Notes under the pieces: generated by a model
The model's input: only the letters and a program-made list of their open reading frames with translations
Database searches by the model: none
What the model was told of the DNA's origin: nothing
In this document: positions 29,725 through 39,601 of the stretch, piece after piece
How the letters are laid out: each line of letters starts with the position of its first letter
How positions within the stretch are numbered: the first letter of the stretch is position 1
NCBI GenBank assembly: GCA_051531975.1
Contig: JAOPTT010000009.1
Location: forward strand, 1-64,000
DNA length: 64,000 nucleotides
Source: Spirochaetaceae bacterium
GTDB taxonomy: Bacteria; Spirochaetota; Spirochaetia; DSM-2461
Reading direction: 5' to 3'
Made by a program: the position numbers and the translations under genes

Positions 29725-31110
29725 CTATTTTTGGCTTTTTATTACCAGTTCTACTACATCTTTATATTCTGGAGCATTAACAAGGTTAGATACACTTACA
29801 CAGTGTGCCTTTGTACCTGAAAGTTTTACTCTCTCCATTAAATCTCTGTGGCAAATAATTACCTGTGCACTTAAAGGTATGTCATCTACTGAACAGTGTT
29901 CAACTTTTATATCAATTCCTTCAGCCTTTAATAACTTTGTAAGTTTGTTTGCACCCATTGCACTTGAACCCATTCCTGCATCACAAGCAAATAGTACTTC
30001 AGTAATTTTACTAGTTACTTTCATTGATTTTACAGACTGTTTTGCTTCGTCTAAAGCATCTTCTGCCATATCTTCTTTAGCAAACTTTTTAACAAATGGC
30101 ATAGCAATTAAGAATGAAACAACTGTCGCTACAATTACTCCTGCTAATACTGGTAATAATCCACCTTTTGGTGCTACTGCCATTAAAGCAAAAATACTTC
30201 CTGGAGATGGAGCCGCCACCTCTCCTGCACCTGTAATCATGAACGTTAATACTCCTGCTGCACCACCACCAATTGCTGATAAAATTAGAACTGGTTTCAT
30301 TAATATGTATGGAAAGTAGATCTCGTGGATTCCACCAAAGAAGTGAATAATTATTGCACCTGGAGCAGAGTTTTTAATACTACCCTTAGAAAACATCCAG
30401 TATGCTAATAAGATACCTAAACCAGGACCTGGGTTAGTTTCTAATAAAAATAGTATAGATTTCCCAGACTCTTGAACCTGCTGTATTCCAAGTGGACTCA
30501 GAATACCGTGGTTTATTGCATTGTTAAGGAACATAACTTTACCTGGTTCAATAAATATTGAAGCAAATGGTAATAATTTTGCGCTAATAATAAACTCAAC
30601 ACCTGTTTGTAAGAAGAATATAACTCCAGTTATTACTGGTTGAACTAAGTAAAAACCAAAAAGTGCTACTAGCATTCCAAGAATACCGGCTGTAAAGTTA
30701 TCTATTAACATCTCAAAACCAACAGGAACTTTACCTTCGATAAGTTTATCAGACTTTTTAATTACCCATCCACCAAATGGACCCATAATCATTGCTCCAA
30801 TAAACATTGGAACGTCTGAACCTACAATAACACCCATTGCAGCTACTGCTCCAACAACTCCACCTCTTGTTCCCCATACCATCTTTCCACCGGTATAAGC
30901 GATTAATAGTGGTAATAAGTAGGTGATCATTGGACCTACTAAAGTTACTAGTTTTTCATTTGGTAACCATCCAGTTGGAATAAATAGAGCTGTAATAAGC
31001 CCCCATGCAATAAACGCTCCTATGTTTGGCATAACCATACCACTTAGGAATCTTCCGAACTTTTGGATACTAGCTCTAAATGATACTGATTCTTTTTTTG
31101 CTGTACTCAT
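29725..31110 (-). CDS. mtlA: PTS mannitol-family EIICB (MtlA/CmtA)
   Basis: MVMPNIGAFIAWG, FLNNAINHG, GGIHEIYFPY, ACDAGMGSSAMGA. Confidence 0.9.
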   Translation of the reverse strand: MSTAKKESVSFRASIQKFGRFLSGMVMPNIGAFIAWGLITALFIPTGWLPNEKLVTLVGPMITYLLPLLIAYTGGKMVWGTRGGVVGAVAAMGVIVGSDVPMFIGAMIMGPFGGWVIKKSDKLIEGKVPVGFEMLIDNFTAGILGMLVALFGFYLVQPVITGVIFFLQTGVEFIISAKLLPFASIFIEPGKVMFLNNAINHGILSPLGIQQVQESGKSILFLLETNPGPGLGILLAYWMFSKGSIKNSAPGAIIIHFFGGIHEIYFPYILMKPVLILSAIGGGAAGVLTFMITGAGEVAAPSPGSIFALMAVAPKGGLLPVLAGVIVATVVSFLIAMPFVKKFAKEDMAEDALDEAKQSVKSMKVTSKITEVLFACDAGMGSSAMGANKLTKLLKAEGIDIKVEHCSVDDIPLSAQVIICHRDLMERVKLSGTKAHCVSVSNLVNAPEYKDVVELVIKSQK

Positions 31111-31252
31111 TTTTTAATACCTCTCCTTGATTGATAATTAATAATAAGTCTGGTTTTAAAATTCACATAGTTTTAGTACTTTGTTTTTGGCACCATTTGG
31201 ATTATAGATTTTTGGCATGAATTATTTTTATATTATAGTATATAATTATATT

Positions 31253-31543
31253 ATGGGAAAAATTGAATTACAGGGATACATAAATATTCCTAAAACTAAA
31301 ATTATAGAAGTCAAAAAAGCTCTTAAAATTCATATAGAAAACACATTAGCTGAAGATGGATGTTTAAAATTTGAGGTTTTACAAGATAAACAAGATGTTA
31401 CTAAATTTAATGTCTATGAAGAATTTATTAATAATAATGCTTTTGAGAAACATCAAGTTAGAGTAAAAGAGTCAGATTGGGGTAAGTTAACAAAGAATTT
31501 TACAAGAAGTTACGAGGTTAATGAGAACAATGGAAATAAATAG
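31253..31543 (+). CDS. Antibiotic biosynthesis monooxygenase (ABM) family protein
   Basis: AEDGCLKFEV, FNVYEEF, FEKHQ; start at ATG 31253 inferred. Confidence 0.8.
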   Translation: MGKIELQGYINIPKTKIIEVKKALKIHIENTLAEDGCLKFEVLQDKQDVTKFNVYEEFINNNAFEKHQVRVKESDWGKLTKNFTRSYEVNENNGNK

Positions 31544-31563
31544 AATTATATTGAGGTCAAATA

Positions 31564-31974
31564 TTGAAAGTAGAATTTTATAATCTAAACTATTCAGCTA
31601 ATTTAAAATATTCTGTTATTGTTGCAAAAGACGATAAGGGTTTTGTCTTTGTAAGACATAACTCTAGGAACACATGGGAAATCCCTGGTGGACATATAGA
31701 AGATGGAGAAACTGCATTAGAAGCCGCTAGAAGGGAACTAATTGAAGAAACTGGAGCAATAGACTTTGATATAAAAGAGGTTTGTATATACTCTGTTCAA
31801 AGAGATTCTACTAAAAGTTATGGAAGCCTATTTTATGCTGATATTAAAAAATACTCAAATAAACTAGAACATGAAATTATAGAAGTTCAATCTTCAAAGA
31901 AACTAATGGAGAAGTTAACATACCCTTTTATCCAGCCACAACTATTTGAAAAAGTCTTAAAAACGCTAACATAA
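31564..31974 (+). CDS. NUDIX hydrolase
   Basis: Nudix box GGHIEDGETALEAARRELIEETG. Confidence 0.93.
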   Translation: MKVEFYNLNYSANLKYSVIVAKDDKGFVFVRHNSRNTWEIPGGHIEDGETALEAARRELIEETGAIDFDIKEVCIYSVQRDSTKSYGSLFYADIKKYSNKLEHEIIEVQSSKKLMEKLTYPFIQPQLFEKVLKTLT

Positions 31975-32020
31975 TTGTATTTTCTATCATTGTAAACAAT
32001 AATTAATAATGAGGTATCTT

Positions 32021-34351
32021 ATGGGGATTGATTCAAGATTACGGATTGCATTTTTTACAGCTTTTATGGAGGGTGAAGATTGGAATTCACCTTTATGGAA
32101 AAGTGTAGATGCAGAATGTAAAAAACTTGATATTGATCTTATAATATTTCCAGGACGAAATATAATAAATGCATATGATCAAGAGGCTGTTTTTGATGAA
32201 ATGTTTGAATTTTTTAGCCCTGAAGAGTTTGATGGTTTAATATTTGCATCAACATCTCTAATGTATTCTTTTCCAAAAGAGAAGTTAATCTCAATAATAG
32301 ATAGATATAAACATATTCCCACTGTTAGCCTTGGTATTGAGTATCCAGGAATATCATCTGTAGTTTTTGATAATTACAAAGGCATGTCAGAATTAGTTGA
32401 GCATTTAGTACTGAGCCACAGTTGTAATAAATTTGGTATGTTAAATGGGCCTCTAAATCATGATGATAGTTTACGAAAAAAAAGAGGAGTTGAAAAAGCT
32501 TTAAAAAAATATGAGTTAAAACTTAAAACTGAACATATTATACATATTGATATAGCAAGAGTTGAATTAAGAAATGCTTTAAATCCACTATTCCAATATA
32601 AAGAACTGGAAATAGATGTTTTAATATGTGCAAACGATACAATGGCATCTGAAGCAATTGATATATTTAAAGAGCATGGATATACGATACCTGAGGATAT
32701 AATAATTACAGGTTGTGACCATAGTATTTATTCATTAAACCAATTCCCATCTATTACCACTGTTGATCAATCAGTTTCTGAAATGGCTACTAAATCTGTT
32801 GAAATTCTATATTCGTCAATAATAAACAAGACAACAAATATAAATCATGTAGTAGATACTCACTTAATTCTTAATGAATCATGTGGATGTAAAATGAGCA
32901 CTACAAATCAAACTATGGATATTAAATTCTTAGAAAATGTACTTCTTTCTTCAATATCTAAAAGAGATGACTACTTCTATAATCAGGTAAAAAATACTTT
33001 ATATATGAACCTAATAGGTCAGAATTTAGAAAAGTATAAAAATAGTCTATTTACTAGTTTCGATATTCAGCTCGAAGAACAAATGGACAAAGATGAATTA
33101 AAATTTGCTAATAAATTGTATAGAGATATAATTCTTCTTTTTGAAAATTTTGAATCAAGAGAAGCTCAGAAGAATATCCAGTTATCAAATTTAAAAAAGA
33201 CTATTACTAGGGGACGTTATGAGAACCTTATAACTTCTGGAAACTTGAAAATTCTACTAGATAATATATATTCAGCATTTAATGATAATGAAATTGGTAC
33301 TTCTTATATTCTATTATACTCAAAGAATAGTTCAGAAAAGGAGCTCGAATTTGTATACGCAGTTAAAGAGGGCAATTTAATAGATACAAAAAGTCATAAA
33401 AGTAAATTCTCAAAAAATCAACTAATGACTACATCATTTTTTGATTTTAATAATAGGGTAACCTTAGTTGTATTACCTCTGTTTTCATCCACAAAATATT
33501 TTGGTTTTTTGGTTGTTGAAGCCAGTGAGCAAGATAGTAGTTTGTATGAGGATATACAGATGATTTTAAGTAGTGCTTTAACAAATGTTTTATCAACAAA
33601 AGAGCTTAAAGAGACACAAAGCCTACTAATTGAGTCAGAAAAGATGGCATTTCTTGGAAATCTTGTTGCAGGGCTTGCCCATGAGATTAATACACCTGTA
33701 GGTGTAACTGTAACTGCAGCTTCCTACTTAGATGATTTAATATTAGACATATATAATGACTATCACAGTAATAAGTTAACAAAAACTAAAATTGAAAATT
33801 TCTTAGAGTTTGCGAAAGATTCATCTGATCTAATAAAAAGTAATATTAAAAATACTGTTTCGCTTATCAATAAATTTAAAAAAATATCTTCAAATACTGA
33901 TTTTGAACTGAAGAAAGTCTTTGATCTATCTGAAGAAACTAACAATATATTTAGAAGACTTAATAAGAATTTGACAGATGTTATTACAAACATAGATGTT
34001 CCAGAAATACTTCTAATCGATAGTTATAAAGAGACTTTTTATGAAATATTCAAAGGACTTTTTATAAACTCTATAGATCATGGTTTTAAAGATGGAATTG
34101 GAGAAATTTCAGTAAAAATATCAAAAACATATAATTTAGTTAAAATTACGTATTCAGATAATGGAATAGCATGTGTTGAATCATTACTTGAAAAAATGTT
34201 TGATCCTTTTTTTACTACAAAAAGAATTCAAGGTTTTACAGGGCTTGGATTAACTATAATATACAATCTAATCAAAAATAGGTTAGGTGGCGAAATTGAT
34301 GTTGCAATAATAAATGGTCAGCTTACTTTTACTATTATTGTTCCAGTTTAA
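32021..34351 (+). CDS. LacI-type ligand-binding domain fused to a histidine kinase
   Basis: N-terminal DNYKGM, CANDTMA, PSITTVDQ, ESCGC; C-terminal AHEINTP, NSIDHG, FDPFFTTK, GLGL. Confidence 0.85.
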   Translation: MGIDSRLRIAFFTAFMEGEDWNSPLWKSVDAECKKLDIDLIIFPGRNIINAYDQEAVFDEMFEFFSPEEFDGLIFASTSLMYSFPKEKLISIIDRYKHIPTVSLGIEYPGISSVVFDNYKGMSELVEHLVLSHSCNKFGMLNGPLNHDDSLRKKRGVEKALKKYELKLKTEHIIHIDIARVELRNALNPLFQYKELEIDVLICANDTMASEAIDIFKEHGYTIPEDIIITGCDHSIYSLNQFPSITTVDQSVSEMATKSVEILYSSIINKTTNINHVVDTHLILNESCGCKMSTTNQTMDIKFLENVLLSSISKRDDYFYNQVKNTLYMNLIGQNLEKYKNSLFTSFDIQLEEQMDKDELKFANKLYRDIILLFENFESREAQKNIQLSNLKKTITRGRYENLITSGNLKILLDNIYSAFNDNEIGTSYILLYSKNSSEKELEFVYAVKEGNLIDTKSHKSKFSKNQLMTTSFFDFNNRVTLVVLPLFSSTKYFGFLVVEASEQDSSLYEDIQMILSSALTNVLSTKELKETQSLLIESEKMAFLGNLVAGLAHEINTPVGVTVTAASYLDDLILDIYNDYHSNKLTKTKIENFLEFAKDSSDLIKSNIKNTVSLINKFKKISSNTDFELKKVFDLSEETNNIFRRLNKNLTDVITNIDVPEILLIDSYKETFYEIFKGLFINSIDHGFKDGIGEISVKISKTYNLVKITYSDNGIACVESLLEKMFDPFFTTKRIQGFTGLGLTIIYNLIKNRLGGEIDVAIINGQLTFTIIVPV

Positions 34352-34414
34352 AGTAATTAATTTTATTATAGCAAAACCTGGCTTCTTTATTGTAAGGTAG
34401 GACAGGAGCAATCG

Positions 34415-35158
34415 ATGAAAAATGGTGTACTAATTATAAAAAATATAACTAGAGAAGAACCAGGGATCTTATCTGAACTTTTAATGCAAAAGGAAATACC
34501 CTATACCATTGTAGATCTTGATAAGAATGAGACATTTCCTGATATAGACGATTATGACGCCTTAGTAGTTCTTGGTGGACCAGATAGCGCAAACGATGAA
34601 AACTCAAAAATATCAGATGAATTAAATTATATAAAATCCGCAATTAATAAAAACATACCATATTTAGGAATATGTTTAGGACTACAGCTTCTAGTTAAAA
34701 GTTTGGGAGGGCAAGTCGTTAATACTACAAAAAGTGAAATTGGTTTTGTTAGCCCTAACAATGATAATTACGATATCACTTTAACTAAAGATGGAGAAAA
34801 AGATCACCTGTTTTCTGGGTTAGGTCATTGTTTTAATGTCTTTCAACTACATGGAGAGAGCGTTGAACTCACAGATAACATGACTCTGTTAGGATATGGT
34901 AAAGATTGTAAAAACCAGATAGTGAAAATTGATGGGTTAAATGCATATGGAATACAGTGTCACTTTGAATTAACAGAAGATCTATTTATTAAAATAGTTA
35001 AAGAGGATCCTGAATTATTGGAACTAGATTATAATCTCTTAGTAGGTAACTTTAAAAGTATATATCAAGATTATTTACAAACAGGGACTAAATTATTTAC
35101 TAATTTCTTAGATATCTCCGGTGTGTTAAATAGTAATAGGACAACTAATGGAAATTAA
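34415..35158 (+). CDS. Type 1 glutamine amidotransferase
   Basis: LGGPDSA, LGICLGLQ, QLHGE, QCHFE. Confidence 0.9.
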   Translation: MKNGVLIIKNITREEPGILSELLMQKEIPYTIVDLDKNETFPDIDDYDALVVLGGPDSANDENSKISDELNYIKSAINKNIPYLGICLGLQLLVKSLGGQVVNTTKSEIGFVSPNNDNYDITLTKDGEKDHLFSGLGHCFNVFQLHGESVELTDNMTLLGYGKDCKNQIVKIDGLNAYGIQCHFELTEDLFIKIVKEDPELLELDYNLLVGNFKSIYQDYLQTGTKLFTNFLDISGVLNSNRTTNGN

Positions 35159-35492
35159 TAAAGGAGATATCTTTTTTGCCCCAGTTTATGATGAAAATGG
35201 AAATAAGAGGGATATTGATCATCCTCAAGTTGTAATTCAAGAGACTGTTATCAATCAAAGTCGGATAGATACAGTAGTTGCGTGTGGATTATCAACAAAT
35301 ATGAAACGAGCATACATACAAGGAAATATATTATTAGACTTAAATGAGGGCAATTTACCTAAGAGAAGTATAATAATTGTTTCTCAAATATCTGTTGTCA
35401 AAAAAAGTGATATCAAAGAATATATTGGCAGTTTATCGGATAATAGGGTTCAGCAGATCTTTGCTGGAATGAATCTTATACAAAATGTTTAG
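35148..35492 (+). CDS. PemK/MazF family protein
   Basis: KGDIF, PQVVIQ...N.SRIDTVV, GNILL...NLPKRS...SQISVV, IGSLS. Confidence 0.8.
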   Translation: MEINKGDIFFAPVYDENGNKRDIDHPQVVIQETVINQSRIDTVVACGLSTNMKRAYIQGNILLDLNEGNLPKRSIIIVSQISVVKKSDIKEYIGSLSDNRVQQIFAGMNLIQNV

Positions 35493-35501
35493 GAAGGTAA
35501 A

Positions 35502-36428
35502 ATGAATAAATACTTAGATATAAATAGAGTTGAATTCCTAATTACTGGTAACTGTACATCAAACTGTAAACACTGCTCCAACAGTAATGTAGGTGGTAAA
35601 AGCCAATACCTTACATTAGAAAAAGGCAAAAAAATCTTAGACTCTGTAAAGAAAGAATACCAGTTAAATTCAGTGATGGTATTTGGTGGAGAACCACTGC
35701 TTTATCCAGAAACCACTATCCAACTATTAAAGTATGCAAAAAAGCTGAACATACCAAATAGGCAAATAATAACGAATGCTTTCTGGACAAAAGACAGATC
35801 AAAAATTGATAAAATATGTCAAATGTTAAAAGACGCAGATGTTAATGATATATTAATCTCTATAGATAGTTTCCATGATGAGCATTTAGATTATGATCTT
35901 GTTGAATATGCTGTGTCTAAGTTGAGTAAGTTGAATTTTCCTAATATTAAGTTGCACCCATGTTGGTATATTTCAAAAGATGATAATAATAAATATGATA
36001 CACATACAAATAATTTATTAGAAAATCTAGCAAAGTATGGAATCCCAAGAAGTGATGGGAATACTCTCTTTGCTGCTGGTAATGCGGTTAAAAACTTTCC
36101 TAATAGGTTTAAACCATTAGACAACATTAAACATATAGACTGTGGGAAACTACCTTATACCGAGAGCCCAAAACTATTAGAATCTATTGGTATCGATCCT
36201 GATGGTAAAGTCAGTAGTTTATGTTTTGGGCAGAGTATTGAAATTGAAGATTTCCTAGAAAATTATGATCCATATTCAGATGAAGTTATGAGTCTCTTTC
36301 TAGAACAAGGAGTCACCGGTTTAACAAAACTAGCTGATCAAAAAGGTATAACCTTTAGTATTTCTGATTACTACTCTATATGTGATGCTTGCACAGAATT
36401 AAGAAACAAACTAAGTGATATCTCATGA
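35502..36428 (+). CDS. Radical SAM protein of unknown function
   Basis: CTSNCKHC, FGGEP, ITNAFW, SIDSFH, terminal CDAC. Confidence 0.88.
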   Translation: MNKYLDINRVEFLITGNCTSNCKHCSNSNVGGKSQYLTLEKGKKILDSVKKEYQLNSVMVFGGEPLLYPETTIQLLKYAKKLNIPNRQIITNAFWTKDRSKIDKICQMLKDADVNDILISIDSFHDEHLDYDLVEYAVSKLSKLNFPNIKLHPCWYISKDDNNKYDTHTNNLLENLAKYGIPRSDGNTLFAAGNAVKNFPNRFKPLDNIKHIDCGKLPYTESPKLLESIGIDPDGKVSSLCFGQSIEIEDFLENYDPYSDEVMSLFLEQGVTGLTKLADQKGITFSISDYYSICDACTELRNKLSDIS

Positions 36429-36539
36429 CTTAGATTATAGAAGATCGTATATAAATAAATCCAGGAACTAATACCTTCGCAGAAATAGAAAATATTTGAG
36501 TTTATAGGTTTAGTTCCTAAATTTAAATGTTCATTGTAT

Positions 36540-37346
36540 CTAACTTACTGCTCTGTATTTAGTTTTTTCATATTGTTCTAATAAAGATTCAATAACAGGT
36601 ATATTTTTAAAATAACTTTTTAACAAATTGTAGCTTACTAAAGAGTCCTGTTTTTTCTTTTCACTTAAAGGTGTAGACATCGCCCTTAACATAATATTCT
36701 TCCCACTATTTTTAACTGAAGTAAAAGCAAAGATATCAGTTTTAAATCCATACTTTATTAAAAATTCTGTTCTCAAAGAGTCTGCTAAAATTGCTGTAAG
36801 CTGTTCTTTATAGACACTGTGCCTAGTTGCTGAACTTAAAGTTTTTGGCTTAAGCCTGTTTTGGGCAGTAAATTGACAACAAGATACAGATAAAATATAT
36901 CTAGCATTAGTTTTTATACCTAAAGCAATAGTATAGTCTGTTGCCATATCACATGCATGCAAAGAAAAAACTACACTCACACTGTTTTTGAAATCAACTT
37001 TATTAACATCCGAAGTTATAAAACTCATATTATCTAATCCAAGTTTCATTGCTGTTTCTTTGGCTTCGGACATAAGTCTCTCATTTTGTTCAATACATGT
37101 GAATTTAATAATTCCTGGGAACTCATCTTGGTAGAACCATGCAAGATAGAATGAGACAAAGCAGTTCCCTGCACAGCTCTCAACTAAATGTATGGTACTC
37201 TTTTTTGTTATTTTTTTAAGAATTGAATCCATCTGTTTTTTATAATCCTGAAGCTGTTTCAACTTTAAAGATCTTCCTGCATATAATTTATTACCGGAGT
37301 GGCCTAGTTTTATTGCTTTATAAAGACTTTCAATATTTTTAATCAT
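36540..37346 (-). CDS. SAM-dependent methyltransferase
   Basis: ESCAGN, SLHACDMATD, SCCQ, KNIML. Confidence 0.82.
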   Translation of the reverse strand: MIKNIESLYKAIKLGHSGNKLYAGRSLKLKQLQDYKKQMDSILKKITKKSTIHLVESCAGNCFVSFYLAWFYQDEFPGIIKFTCIEQNERLMSEAKETAMKLGLDNMSFITSDVNKVDFKNSVSVVFSLHACDMATDYTIALGIKTNARYILSVSCCQFTAQNRLKPKTLSSATRHSVYKEQLTAILADSLRTEFLIKYGFKTDIFAFTSVKNSGKNIMLRAMSTPLSEKKKQDSLVSYNLLKSYFKNIPVIESLLEQYEKTKYRAVS

Positions 37347-37787
37347 AATAATCCTACTAATTAATTCTGAAATACAGAATGTATTTGGGAGAGTTAGGAA
37401 AGTCTTTGTTTAATGATTTTTATTTAAATGGCAGTGTTTCTTAACGATATAATCATAAACAAAAACTCATAAAATTCAATTAATTAGCAACATTATGTTT
37501 TAATTAAAAGAGAATCTAGGTCAATTTAAATTGTCCTAACATTTTGAGTTAATTTAGTTTTGATTATTATCGTTTCCAAATTATAGAAAAGCTTTAAAAC
37601 TCAGCTAATAGATGGACAGGCCACTCCTTGTAGAATATATAAAATGAATACTATATGTCCTTTATATTAGGCATATAATAAACTATCTATAGATAAAAAT
37701 AAATATGCCAGGAGAGAAAACATATTTATTCAATTTTATTTTGTAGAAAAAACTCTACAATTGTTGATATAATTATTAATGAAAGTA

Positions 37788-38267
37788 TTAAATCCCACTA
37801 CCTTCTTGGAATACACAATCAATACATTCATCTTCAGAAATTAAACCTATTTTCATTAATAATCCAAAAATTTTACATCCAGCACAGAATTTAAAAATAG
37901 CTTCAAGAAAGGAAAAAAGTGATAATATTCCCAAAGTTATTATTCCTAGCGTTGCATAACCAAAACTTATGAAAACCAAAGAAACTAGTGACATAAAAAG
38001 TCCAATTCCTGCAGCAAATCTTTTAGGTTTAAATATAACAATTCTATTTCGGAATTTTAATAATTTTCCGACTACTTTTCTAGACGTCAGTGCTAATAAG
38101 CTATACTTTGGAGATAAAAAAGCACGTATAAAAAAATCTACGATTAGAAATATCACTGGTATAACTGATAACGTATATATTGATAATACAGAGAGTATAA
38201 ATACCTGTATCGCAACCCCTCTTACATCTTGTTCTTTTACTCTAAATGGTCTATTTATTTTCATCAT
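37788..38267 (-). CDS. DUF4395-like membrane protein
   Basis: PKRFAAGIG, LEAIFKFCAGCKIF, C-terminal CIDC. Confidence 0.75.
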   Translation of the reverse strand: MMKINRPFRVKEQDVRGVAIQVFILSVLSIYTLSVIPVIFLIVDFFIRAFLSPKYSLLALTSRKVVGKLLKFRNRIVIFKPKRFAAGIGLFMSLVSLVFISFGYATLGIITLGILSLFSFLEAIFKFCAGCKIFGLLMKIGLISEDECIDCVFQEGSGI

Positions 38268-38363
38268 ACTTAATAATAGTAACAGTTACCAATAAAAGGC
38301 AATAGTAAATACCAGCAATTCCCCATAATTCCCACCTGATTAGGGTGTTTTTGAGTAAAAAAG

Positions 38364-39134
38364 CTATTTTGAGGGTTCTAGGACAGGTATATTAAGGATT
38401 CCAAGTTCATTGTAATAGCGTATTAGGATATCTTGGATCTCACCACTATTAATCATTTCATTGTATGAGTTTTGTATAATATTAAAGGTTTTAATCGAAA
38501 TATTTTTATTAAATGCCATGTATGAAAGTTCCCCTTCCCTAAAAAGCATAACTTCTTCTACATCTAACTTAGAGTATCCAAAACTTTTTAATGCGGGTAT
38601 TAAAGTTATTGAATCTGCAATTATTAGATCTATTCTATTTGAATAGAGCATTTTAATCTCCTGCTCCATTGAATTTACAGCCACAATATTATGGTCTGAC
38701 ATACCTAATTCAATTAAGTACGAATGGTTTTTTACACCTCGAATTACTCCAACAGAATATTCTCTTATATCTTCAATAGTATTAATTTTTATTTCATTTT
38801 TCTTCAATTTAAAAAGATACATATTGGATGGAGGAATTATTGGACCAATCCATCTAAAGAGGTTTTCTCTATCCTCTGTTTTATATGTTGTATACAGCAT
38901 TGTATCGTTATTAGTTAAAACTGAATTATATGCCCTGGTCCATGGGAAAGTCTTAATATAATACTTTACTTTAGAATGTCTCAATATAAGATTTACAATA
39001 TCAGTTGCCATTCCAGTCTTAATACCATCTTTTTTATACATAAATGGATAGTAGTTATCTAGTGTTATAACATTTAGGTTTTGTGAGTAGATATTAACAG
39101 TTAAAATAAAAAACAGAATTAATATTTTTTTCAT
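38364..39134 (-). CDS. Family 3 solute-binding-type periplasmic protein
   Basis: Signal peptide; YPF, PWTRA, RENLFRW, RIDL. Confidence 0.8.
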   Translation of the reverse strand: MKKILILFFILTVNIYSQNLNVITLDNYYPFMYKKDGIKTGMATDIVNLILRHSKVKYYIKTFPWTRAYNSVLTNNDTMLYTTYKTEDRENLFRWIGPIIPPSNMYLFKLKKNEIKINTIEDIREYSVGVIRGVKNHSYLIELGMSDHNIVAVNSMEQEIKMLYSNRIDLIIADSITLIPALKSFGYSKLDVEEVMLFREGELSYMAFNKNISIKTFNIIQNSYNEMINSGEIQDILIRYYNELGILNIPVLEPSK

Positions 39135-39321
39135 AATTTCACCAAGCTTACTATTAATATTAATGTAATTTTACTCAGCTTGCTATAATTATTAAATATA
39201 TTTTATCTGACTTTCTCAATATATACTGAAGATCTTCATACAGAAAGTTTAGTTTGGTTTTAGATAGTAAATGTTCCTAATAAGTCTGGCGATATATGAA
39301 TACATAGGTTATAATAAATTT

Positions 39322-39597
39322 ATGGAAAATGAAAAAATAGTAGAAACAAATGTTATTGGTATATGCACAGGAAAAACTTGTAGCTCAAAGAACTCTGAAG
39401 ATATAGTACAAATGGTTACAACAATTTTGAATGTAGGTGTAGGAGAAACAACTCCCGACGGTAAATTTCGAGTCGAAGCTGTTGCATGTATGGGTAAATG
39501 TGAAAGTGCTCCTAAGGTTGTAGTTAACGGAGAAGTTTTAATACAGCAAACAGTAGAAGACTTAGAGGTAATATTAGCTGATCTATTAGTTGAATAG
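39322..39597 (+). CDS. Thioredoxin-like [2Fe-2S] ferredoxin (NuoE-like domain)
   Basis: CTGKTC...CMGKC..AP, GETTPDGKF; start at ATG 39322 inferred. Confidence 0.82.
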   Translation: MENEKIVETNVIGICTGKTCSSKNSEDIVQMVTTILNVGVGETTPDGKFRVEAVACMGKCESAPKVVVNGEVLIQQTVEDLEVILADLLVE

Positions 39598-39601
39598 TTC
39601 T

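Noticed and set aside
31188..31218. TGGCAC/TGGCAT as sigma54 -24 elements
   Set aside because: No TTGC -12 element at the required spacing.
35502..36428. Second RiPP maturase locus
   Set aside because: No SPASM-type Cys array and no adjacent precursor-like ORF.
36463..36518. AGGAACTAA...TTAGTTCCT inverted repeat as a MITE or IS remnant
   Set aside because: Only 9-bp arms, no second copy noticed and no target duplication; more likely a loose terminator between convergent genes.
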